Origin: Raillietiella orientalis
Taxonomy: Eukaryota
DNA length: 64,000 nucleotides
Reading direction: 5' to 3'
Assembly (NCBI GenBank): GCA_036172245.1
Contig: JAYWIR010000059.1
Span: 310,001-374,000, forward strand
This document shows, in pieces, positions 44,201 through 56,200 of the stretch (position 1 is its first letter; each line of letters starts with the position of its first letter). The notes under the pieces were generated by a model. That model saw only the letters and a program-made list of their open reading frames with translations, was not told the origin of the DNA and searched no databases. A program made the position numbers and the translations under genes.

Positions 44201-47200
44201 ACTTGAGCAGATGGCTACAAATATGTTTGGTGACCAGACGAAAACAAACAATTCAACTTGAACTCAATTTGTGAATGGAAAATAATGTTTTCATCCCGAA
44301 ATGCTAATTCCAAATTAATCTTGCATCTAAAGTTTGCTCCATCCGAAAGGAGTTATCTCAAGGCCTGATTGAAAGCTGCCATTAGATGACATTTGGAGCA
44401 CTTTAATATGCCAAAATACCAATCACATGACAAGAAAAGTCTCTCGTGTTCCCAATTGCCGCGCCATCTATTCAGGAAGCTCATCCACAGCACGAGAGCA
44501 ACATGCAAGAGTCGAGTGTGTACCGAACTTCCCATGGTCTCACTCAGAGAAAGGTTTCGTGGATGCATTCAAGAGTTTGGCAGCATTCTAGGATGCTGGT
44601 TCTTCGAAGGCAGACGGCCAGATGCAGACTCCATCGGTTCGATTTTCGTGTGGTCAGGTAGTCATTCTTACAGATAAGAATTGATTCTATGATGACTGAA
44701 AAAAGGACTCGTGGACTCTCTCCTTTGATCATGAATCTTCCATGCAACAGATTTGTCGGGAAGCTATCCCTTCAGAGTCTCAGAGATACGCTCTGAAAAA
44801 TGCTACGCAGGACGTAGCATTTTTCAGAGTGGACCAGGCAGAAGCTGGCGAAGACATGTCTCTCTCAGGAGGACCTCAAGCAGGAACACGAAATCGTGTT
44901 GGGTTTGGTGGGAACTCGGGAAGGAGTAGAAAAGGATGGTGGCACAAAAGAGCACCCAAGACACGAATCGAAATTTCTGAAGCCTCAACAGGGGAAGAGA
45001 ACCTCGACTCAAACCAATGAGTGGCCCTAACCGAAGTGGGGGGCTAGAAACTCGGCAGAGAATCCATAAAAACCATAGATGAGGCACGTATTTGGAGAAG
45101 TATAGTCTCTGGAAGCTGGAATGGTTTACCAATTGTCGTTGTTAATCCTGAATTCAAGTTCGAAGCTCCATACATCAGGTCTGACTGCACCCAATTCATG
45201 CCAATGGAATTCGTGCTGCGTCGAACCTCTTGGGAGAAAAATTGCCAACACTAACAAGACAAATTGGGGGCTTTCTGCAGATCTTATCGATCAGATGTTT
45301 AATTTGCCAACAGGTGCTTCAACAGAAAAGATGAAGATTTATGGAAAAGGCTGAGGAAGACAAGTGAAAGCATCAGTCTGACATAACGTTTCACATTCGA
45401 CTTCACAGGAGCAGGAATTTTTTGAGCAATTGAAAACTCAGCCATATCTAAGGGAGTGAGTCCGATGCCGATTAAAGGATCAAAGGAACGAAGAAGAATA
45501 GAGATGTCCACTCCACAGATTATACCAAACTGTACCAAACCGCAGCAGGCACGGTGATGGATCTGCAGCAGTTCCCTTCAGCAATTATCGCGTCCTACCT
45601 TCTCTCTGTAGAGAACTAGATTCCAGTCCACACATACATCCAAAATTGTACTAGCATTTGGCTATATTGAGCGTTGTCTTCACTAAACACTGGTTTCTGA
45701 ATCCATGGATTCTCTTCCTGGACGCTGTTTTTTTTTTTACAACTGAGACTTAAGGTTGCGTGAGAGCTCAGCAGCTGCTGATACCTTTGCACAACTGTCC
45801 AGCAACGAAGTGCTATTCTTTGACTTACGTGTTTCGTTGAGCTGCTCATTCATTCGGCTTGGTCACATGGAAAAATGCTTACGTATTCATCATGTTCCCC
45901 GAACTTGCTGAAGGCTCCAGCTTAAGAGGTCCTATAGGTCAGAGCTGGAGACAGAGCTAGAAAACGAGTTGTTATATTTCTTTACAAAGTGATGTCCCTT
46001 TGGCGATGCAGATCACACAGAATCAAGCATTCTCAGCTACAAGCTGTTACACATATCAGGCTGAATCCGCGAGATCGTGCCTCAGGGATCACTTCGCGAG
46101 AACAGGGCATGGTGAGTCTCCATTTTTCCTCCCTCTACAAGATGGGGTTTGATGTTTGATGGCCTGCTGTTTGGTGAATGCCAGAATTGGTACACCTTCG
46201 AGTGCTCGGAAGTGTGCCATCATCACATCTCAACACGATCGTTCAGATTATATTCTCCGTCTTAGTACAACAGTCTCCTCTATTTTTAGATTCCTCGTTA
46301 CATCATCATTCTGCACGAACTCCTGGCTCACACTTCTCATAATCACGTGGAGAGGAAAAGCTTGGAGAATGCCAGGAGTCAGCTGGAAGACCTCTCTCGA
46401 CAAATGCATGATGAAGTAAGCTTCTCTTAGTGATTGTCCTCGTTTGAATAATCATTTTTTTTTTTTTTGGCTTTCACTTTACGAGATTTTGTTTATTGAA
46501 AGAGCTGCCGCTGAAAGTACTGCTATCTGCTCTGACAATCTTCATATCTAAAAAGAGCAGCAACTCATACTTTCTCAATCAAGAGACAATAAACTATTTG
46601 AAAGTAAACCACTGTATTCCTCCAATGTCAGTATGTTTCTTGCAAATGGTTCTTTCACTTCGTGTCCCAGGCATTGTAATAACCCATATCCCGAATGCTC
46701 AGAATCGTACATTCTATCAGAACTTAACTTCAATCCGCAACGCTGCAAGCAACACAGAAAGGATTTCTTTTTCTCCAAAATGTTTCAGTAGTAGGGTGTG
46801 CTTGATTTCAATCACCGTCTTGAACAACTACATCAATAGTACTTGCAATGATACAATAATTGCCAATGACATCCTTGCCAGTTTTTGAAGACACCTAAAG
46901 CGTGGTTAATTTGCTTTCAAAATAATACCCTGAACAACTGAGAACTAAAAGACAATCTCAGATGGGGAAAGATCCGTACTGGAAAGCGGAAAACTTAAAG
47001 GAATCTCAAGAGAGCTCCAAAGATGGAACTGCAACTCAAAAAGACAAATTAAGCGGAGAGACAATGAACGTAGCTCAATGGATCTGATCTGCTGACAAGA
47101 TTTCAAAATCCTAGTGATCCCCAAAGAGTGGATTTCAAGTTTCCAGCTTCTGTGGCAATATGTTTCCACTTTCCATCACGCTTAGAGATACCGGCTACTC

Positions 47201-50200
47201 CTATTCTTTTTCTTTAAGCATCTTCCCTCCAATGTTTAGATAGGACATCCAGTGGGACCAAAATCGGACTTTCTGTACGACTTTTGAAGAGGTTTGTCAG
47301 GATAACCCTGATTTTTCCAGACTAAGTAATAGCTTAAAGGAATAATCTTTCGAAGAACAAAGATCAACGTTTGTGCATCCTAATCAAATTTCCATCCTGA
47401 CAAAAGTAGCTTTGTTTTGCAGGAGATAGCAACAATCTGTTCTGCAGCATATCAGGATCACCTAAACTGACTTAAAGCTGTGAAAGAATTTACGAAAAAT
47501 GGAACCTATAGAGATTCCAAAAATATTTTCAGAAGGGAAATGCAGACTGTCCTATCATTATGCAATGAAAGATTAACACTCATGTTGATGTTAGACAGAA
47601 GAGTATCTATGACGAAGGAAATTGCACGAGATAGTAGAGCAATTTCCTTAACAGCTTCAGCTGTTTACGTGATCCGTTCGGGTCTACGAAGATGATCACA
47701 ATTTAATGGCTGCCCACATCGTAGCAAAGAGATCCTAGCCTTCCATAAATACTGCAATTCACGAGGAACTTAGCTATTCTATCCAACAGGAGGTCTCACC
47801 TCATCAAGTGCACCTAACAGGTTTACAAGATGAGAAGATGAACAGCGTTCTCTATTGTCATACGTGGTCATCTCATTGACACGAAGTGAGTGCTGTCAAA
47901 TGAAAAGCAGCATTGCCAAGAAACAGTATATCTCTTGACACAGCCAATGATCATTTCTTGTGGCAAGAGTCACATAATTCTTCAGAAACATTCATCGATT
48001 TGCGTGATGTTAGAGATGATATTCATTTGCTCCCGCGACAATCCGGGCAACTTTAATTTGCCCGAGAGACGTTTCCGACAGTGAGGAAAGATAAAGTGGA
48101 CAGCTGCTAAGAGTGAAATAGAATGGCAACGGAATGGAACAGTCCGCAACATTCCATATGTCCTTTTCCATCAAATCAGTCGACGAATAGATAGCAGTCA
48201 TTCAAAACAAACAAAGGTCTCAAGGAAGTGAATTGATTATTTCTTGTCTAAAACCTTTCGGTGTGACCGCTGAATCATTGATGCAAAATCTTTCAGGTTA
48301 GCGAAACAGAGAATATCCGAAAGAATCTGGCCATAGAAAGGATGATTGTAGAAGGATGCGACATTCTGTTGGACTGTTATCAAGTATTTGTTCGGCAAGG
48401 TTGGTATACACTTGAGATATCCTCCCTCTAAGAGCAGGCGAAGCCGAATTTCACCTTCGAGGCTCTCTAGAGAGTTTATATAAATATTCCAGTTTTTTTC
48501 CATCAAATTTTTTTTTTTTTTCAGAAACTTTCACCTTTTCATGCATTCATATGTTCAGCAGCCCGAATGGCATGCTGAACATATGAGCGGACAGCCGCCG
48601 GAAAAGCAAGTCCAGAATAAGAGCGTAGGGCACAGACAGTTCCGTTTCCACTGCTACAACATTTTTTGGATAATACCGCCAGCAAGCTGGTCACGTGGCT
48701 CCTTGGACGAACTGTCTTCAGCAGACTCGTAGGATAGGATTTAGTCAATCCCTTCTCATGATATGATACAGTCTTTCTCATTTATGAATGGAGGCATTCT
48801 ATAAATTGTACATACCAGAACGCGGCGAATACTATGAAGTAAGGATTGCAATGAGAAATATGGATAGAGATACCTGGCCAAAAAGACTCCAGGGAATCAT
48901 TGAGAATGCAACAAAGTCTAAGAAGTAAGCATGTAATAAAGAAAACGATGTGAAATCGAAATTGCTGTTATGGAGAAGAAAACCTCTGACATGAATTTTA
49001 GACTCGAAATGATGTTGCTTTTTCATCTTAAGGATGAGAGCATTTTTTCTCAAATCCAACTTTAATTTTCCTCGCAAATGCAGTCTTGTATGCAATGACC
49101 TTGCAACTTTGATTCAACTGATAAAGCAGAGCATACGTAGATCGACAGCATCATATTATTCGAAAGAGAAAGTCTAAAAATTACCATCTATTTTCAAAAA
49201 GACTCTACAGTTACTGCAGCCTGCAAACTTGAAGGGAATCTACTAAATGATCGTCGATTCCAACCGAGAAACATTGAAGCTCAACGTAAAACAAGTGCTT
49301 CACTTTTCGTGGAAAAGCATGTCAAATGAAAGAGAGACACAGAGGAAAATCAGCAGAGCTGCCATCCCATCAAAACGATATCGATCCAAAAAATTAATTC
49401 GTGGTGGCCATCCTTCTATTTTAAAAAGAACCGAAAAAAAGGATCAAATCTAGAGAACGCTGAGAAACAGAGAAAAACCTACTGCCTGGATGTACGGAAA
49501 AAAGCCTACAGACGCGCACTTGGGATGCCACCCAGAATTTCAGAGGGAGCTGCAACCTAGACGGGTTCCATAATATCCATTATAATGTATTTAATAACAG
49601 GGACACAGGAAAAGGAAAGCAAAAAATGCTGGCTGGTATCGAGCAGAAAAACAAATCGTTTTGTTAGTTTTCGCTGATGTAACCATGGTAGGAAGATTTC
49701 GTTTTAATGAATTATAGCCAAGGAACTGAGGAAATGAAATCATGGAAAAATTAACTGAGAGAAATGTGCACGAAACGGAGTCATTCATCGTGCGGAAAGG
49801 AAATCCATGTTGATAGTGTACTCTATAAAATACATAACGGTGGAGTTCGTGGTGAATGCAGCTCCATCAAAATCGGTTCGGAAGACGCTGACAAGATAAA
49901 TATATGCCTGGCTTGAAACTGCACCGTCCATCTGAATATTTAATGCCTTCAGGCTATGGACATTGCAGCGACTGGATGGTGTACCCAGTTTTCCTTCTTG
50001 CACTCTTTTAGGTTCATCCGTAGCGGAATTCCTCTGAGTTGCACCCACTTTTTTTCCAACCCAACTTTTGGTTTTCCAGTGCCGAATGTCGAGGAAAAAT
50101 GCTTGCGTCTTCCGTTTCAGATTGCTCTCTGAAATCTTGCAAGTAACTCAGGAGCTCACATCGAGCTCACAGTTACGATCACGATCACGTGTTTCCCTGG

Positions 50201-53200
50201 TTTGAAAGAAAGGACAGATCGCCACACAAAAACCGATTCGGTTGATAGGTGACTGAAGCCGTTGCAACAAAACTAACCAACAAGATGAAACAGGTAATCC
50301 AAGTCGAATCCTGGAAGAAGTTGATTTCATGAGACAAGAAAATAAAAGAGCTAATCAAGTTGCATTTCAGCTACTGTTAAAAAAAAAACGCAGCAATGGT
50401 AATCAGACTCTCGTCAGGCTAATCAATTTCTTGGAACACACGGAGACCAAAGGTGCTCCCAGTTTTTTGTTGGTTGCTTATTTTGAAAAGTGGGATATTC
50501 GAACCATAAATCATTGAATCCGACATTGAACTCTCTGAGAGCAAAGCGCCTTAATCCCTCTGTTACAGACTCGGACGTGCGACTTTCAGATGTCATTTTA
50601 TTGTAGAGCAAACTTGACTAAGTGGACAAACGATAATTCGATGGTGTTCGAGATGAAGGGTGATCTTCGGATAGAATTCAATGATTTTTCTCTTCCCGAT
50701 AAACAATTCAGATGCTGAGTTGATAGCACAGGAAATCCATGACTGCTCTCATGGCAAAATCGGCGGATCCACACCAGCTACTGATCAGTTTTCGTTCCAC
50801 TTTAATCATCTTTTGGAAGCACTCGTTGAGAAGCACGTCAAGTGACCTCTGTACAGCACAAGCTTTTTCAGGAAGGATGTATTTCACTTTTTTCCCCTCT
50901 TCTTCGATCAAATTCAAATATGCATTAGAGAAATAATTAAAATGAGATGATTCTGGAGAAAATCTTCAGAGTTGTACTTGGAATCAAAGTTCTTCTCGAC
51001 TACTCCTTGTATGGAACTGGCGAAATGAATCCCTCATTTTTGCTCAGAGTTTTGATAATTCTTGACTATTGATCAGGATCGCAAACGAGGATCGGACGAG
51101 TACTAGTGAATATGATAGACGGTAAATAACGAAAGGAGCTGCACCAGGCATCCTGGCCATTTGTTCAAAAACTGAATTAGCATGGAATGCTCGATAATTC
51201 AGTAAGTAGGGGGGAAAAAATCCCCTAGAAAATCACGTGATTTGCACTTGGCTGCGCTCACTTTCCAGAATTCACTAAGAAATTTCAAATGTTCCACACT
51301 AAACTCCTGTAATTTTGTGGTGTCTCTTGATGACCAGTTCACAGTTGATTTTGCTTTCAGGGACATTAATTCAAATTATTCCTCTGGAGAAGCAGAAACG
51401 AGGGCTAGGCACATTCAAGCCATCAGAAAGAGAGGCGATCCGCCAGTGTTTCTTGTTCACGAATCATTTAATCTTAACAACAAGGTAAGAAGAAGGGGTG
51501 TATGTTCGTTCACACTTCACGGGAGAATTCCTCCTAGAGTCGAATGGGAGTAGTCGCGGGACCAATTGGGTTTGACTGAATGACTTTTAAATTTCAAGCG
51601 GTCACTATCGAGGGAACAGATGAGAGAAAAATGGGATTCGTTGATTCGCGGTCCAGCACTTAGGATTGCACTCTGAAACAACACTTGCCGATTCCTCACG
51701 GCTACGGGAATGCAACGCTCATAAAGATTACTTGACAAGTGCCTGCAGAGAAACGTCTCTCAGAATTCCACGTGTATTCAGATGGCTTAACTTACCGATT
51801 TACATTGCTGCTTTGGAAAGAATGTGTGGGAGGGCGTGAAAAAAGGAAAAAAATACATGAACATTGGTCCAAACAATCTCAAGCTGTCTTGAAGGCTGGG
51901 TTTCGTGCTTCTCTGAAACTAATCGCGACTGAGGGGGCTCACCCGATGTGTTTTCAGGCTCCTTTAGAAGATTATCAAAAAGTGCAAAAATTGGCACTTG
52001 GCTTTCAACTCTACTTCGAAGCAAAAAAAATAACGAAATCACTTAAAGAAATTGCAAATCCAGAAATGGTAAACCTCCTTGTTTAGTGTACGCCCCTTCG
52101 CGTGTGGCGATCATTGAAATTTGATAGCAAAAAATTCACATCTCGATACTTCACATTCGTGACCAGAGAATCCGAAAGTGAAATTACGCGCTTTCGTTGT
52201 GCATCACTTTTGACATCTCAGGTAGAAAAACAGAGTTTGTCAGAAGGAGGAAATTTAGACTGCTTGCAGATCTGCTTGAATGCGCGCACTTTGGAGGAGG
52301 AATCCGTGACGTCACTTTGAGATGTTTGCTTGTTCGCGTAAGCGCAAGGATCCTTCACAACGTGCACGTCAAATTCCACTCTAAACAGCTGACCTGCTCC
52401 AAATCTTTCGATAGAATTCTCAGCTACCGTCCAGCTTCGACTGTTCTCTCAACAGATCGATCGACGTCAATAGAACTACAACTTGCATCACTATGAAACG
52501 TAAGGTGTGCTGATTTAGAATCCTTCTCTAACCTGAATTCAATTTCAACCACTTCCTTGAGCACATATCTTCATAGAGTTGCACGTAATGAGAATGATCT
52601 AGCACAAAAGCTTGGAAGCATTTTTGGGATCTCGAATATTTTTCCCAGTCTTTGCCTAGTTCCTTTCCTAGATATCCTCAGTACTTGAAGACATCCCGTG
52701 ACTTCGAAACGGAGTTTCAATAATAATCAAAGTCGAATATCTAAAAGAATAAACAAGATCACGATAAAACTGCTTACTCCTCCCCAATGAAACTGATTCG
52801 TGAATAATCGTCCTCTTAAGAGATTGAGACTTTTGTTCAAATCATTTCATAAGACCCAGTTCATGGGATTGGAGAAGTCGTAGACACGCACAGCGTCACA
52901 CGTGCACCAGAATACTGAAGAAATCTCTTACCGGCCCTTTGACTAAGATCAAAACGGATCGAAGGGAAGGCACCTTCCTTTCCGATTTGGGTGTCCCACG
53001 ATCGTACGCGGACAAGATGAGGTTACTTGTGGTTGCCTCGTGCATCCGCACACCCGCGATGCTTACTGGACCCTCGGCCTGGGAGTCTACTAGATGATGC
53101 CAAAAGTTTCCTACGATCACAGGAGGAAAATGTAGGGGCACAACTCTTTGAGTAGGCGGAAAGCATCGTCGAATGTCAGGAAACGGAAAGTCCCAAGAAG

Positions 53201-56200
53201 TGAGACCCGTGGTGACTTCCCTTTGAAAGCTCGTTCATCATGGAGGAAGGAAGATGGGTAGATTTCGAAGAGTTCTCTTCCGTTGCTACAGATTGCATCT
53301 CCTTTATTTACAAATTGGAGTTTCGCGAAGCCGAACGATAGTCTGCTGCTTGGAAAGCACGCAGATCACGGCCCGTGTCGGCGGCCGTGTGGCTGCGGTG
53401 GTTACGGTCTCCGGCAGGTGGCACCAAGGGTCGTGGGTTCGAATCCCCACGTGGAGGATTGAAACCCCGAGACACAGGCGCATCATGAGTTTCGAGCCCC
53501 CTCCTTAGGATAATGCTTACTGGCCCACGCGCTTCGGGTGTGGCACAGGTGGAAGCCGTTGACTGGCCTGGATAGGAAGTTGACCTTTCCAGGAAACATT
53601 CGACATTCCCTTCCGGTTGTGAAGATGGAGCCGTTCACCACGTACCATGGAGCTGGTTGATACCCCCTTCGGAGAGTTGCCTCTTCAGAGTGTCAGAAGC
53701 GTGCTGCCCCCTTCGGGGAGCGACCCTTCAGAAAAATTGGGGAGAGTCTCTTCGGTGTTCTCTTCAGAGGAACACCAACAAGGGGCGGTTCGCTTGCGGG
53801 TTCCCACAGGAGAAGGATCGGAACCTTTCCAGATCCCCTTCGGAGGAGAAATGAGCAGCGACCTCCCTCCGAGGACTCCTCCAGAGAGAACAAGGAAGAG
53901 GTTCCCTTCGGGGTTTATTCTTCCTGGATTCAGGTGGCTCCTGCTAGGTTACCGTCTATAACTTGAAGAGCTACACGCATCCTCGGGTGACTTAAGCAGC
54001 GTGAAGAGCTCCGTGAGCCCCTAGGAGAACATCTCTTGACTATTTCGCGAACCAAAGGAAAAAAAAAAGCACTCAGATCTGAGCAGTGTCCAGACTCATT
54101 CACTTTTGCCGATTCGGAATGGTTTTCTCGTTCAAAGATTCCTTTCGGAAATAAGAGCGTGGCAGCGCTGAGATTACAGTAACACAGGCGAGCACATGGA
54201 ATCGCCATGCGTATCAATGCAAAGCGGAATAACTTCTGTAGTGTTGCTGAGAAGAATTCCTACCTCTGGGAAGAATTGATTATCATTCTGAGTACAACCA
54301 ATGCCTCAAGCACGTCCCGCCAAGGAAAAACGAGTGCCTCGACGTTGGTCCAGGTCAGAGAGGACATGCGGAAGGCTGAAGGGATAAAATTTGGAACGAG
54401 GCTTTTGTGAAAAAAGTTGCACTGTCGGGAAAGGGATAAATGCAGGCAACACCTAATTGTAGTATCTTCTGCACTGGAGCATTTTCTGAACTGTTGCTTT
54501 AACTGAAGATCCATGGGGATCGTTGCCTCTCACTCCGAAAGTACAGCAACTTCCAGATGTTCTTGTAAGCGACGACTCGTGTTTAAGAACTTCGCTCATA
54601 GGCTCTTCGTCCTTCCAATGCATGCTTTTTTTTGTTTCTTTTCCTGGAAATGAGTAAATACAGTATTGATGCCACTGTCCTTTCCTGCCTCATCCCGTGG
54701 TACGAGCTCTTTCGGAAATTCTTGACACTGTTCCACCGAGCCTGACTAGGCAAAGTTTCCGATCTACTGTGGCTCCCCGTTTCGGATTCCTCATTCTTTC
54801 GACAGATGACTCCGCTTCACCGAGATGCTTTCATCAAAAGTAAAGTTGAATTCACAGTAACCTGGGGGCCAGTCTCCCATAGCTTGTCCTCTCTTGTAGC
54901 TACAAGGCTTCGTTTCACCGCCTCCGGTTCATTAGCGACATCTGAACGATACACCTATCCCCCCATTTACGCGGTACTTTATATACGCGGTGTCAATTTA
55001 TGCGATCTCATTTTACGAGGTCTTTGACAACGTTTTACCTATTTTTTTTTGACAACTTTTCATCGAGCTCTTTATATTTATTATTATTACAATTTTGAAC
55101 TCATCAATGCTCAATAATACGTAGGAAGAGAAAATCTGTCTTTGGGTATGGAAATAGAAATTTTAAATCGACTTGAAAAAGAAAAACCTTCATCAATTGC
55201 TAAGTCGTGTGAAATAAACGAATCCGCTGTCCAGACACTTCAAAAAAATGAAGAAAAGTATTAAAAGCAGTGTGCCATCTCGATCTTTGGAAAGCTCAAA
55301 GTGCTCTTATACAAGAAACCCTATAATAGAAAATATGGAGAAGGCATTGATGTTCTGGATTGAAGACAATACTCAAAAGAAAATACCCATGAGCATTTGC
55401 ACTCCTATCTGAGCACTTTTTAGAGGTTTGGAGAGTCTTTTGGAGATGTGAAAAACGATGATCAGGAAGGGAAAAAGACATCACAAAAGTCATGTTTCGA
55501 TTCCTTCCTCGTAGTCCGTCTCCTGTTGGGCAGATGACGGGCATGCTGAGGACCATGGATCATGATATGCAGAACGCGCTGCGCCAACTAGTGCCTAATT
55601 TACATCTCAACCCATTATGCAGAGCATAATAAAAAAAACTACGTAGAATTTTTGAATCTTACTAATGACTTCATAAAATGCGCGTTTGCTTCTGGGTCTG
55701 AGCACACTAAAACTTCCCCCTTTAAAAAAAAACAGCAACAAATGAGGTCAGTTTCGTTTCCAGTTTCGTTTTAATCATGTTCCTCTTAAGAATTCAGTAG
55801 ATATTTACTTTCATAGGTATCTTTACTAGAGAAAAAATGAGGATGGATAAAGGTAGCACTAACGTGTATGCATAGAATTTTCTGATTCTTCCTTCCTACG
55901 GACTCGTGCCGATTTCTAGACGTAATTTCTTCGAAAACATGCCTACCAGTTCGAGGATGCTAGAGCACTCCAATTCAGAATGCTGATGCACCAGAGGCAG
56001 ATTACACAAATTGTACTAATCTCCTTTATTAAATATGCTCTTTGAAAGGAAATTCCTGTTTCCATTGCAACTGACCAGTGGATCATTAGAATTGGAATCT
56101 CCTATGACATGGTTCATAATCTTCACAGCAATCTACTTTCATTTATATCTGCCACCTTCTTATCTGTCTGATCAGGAATTTCGTCTTTGTACTGTTTTAT

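Noticed and set aside
53383..53455. Functional tRNA gene
   Set aside because: A and B boxes are present, but the acceptor and anticodon stems do not close properly, and the sequence continues into a repeated body with an A-tail and TSD, so it is a SINE head.
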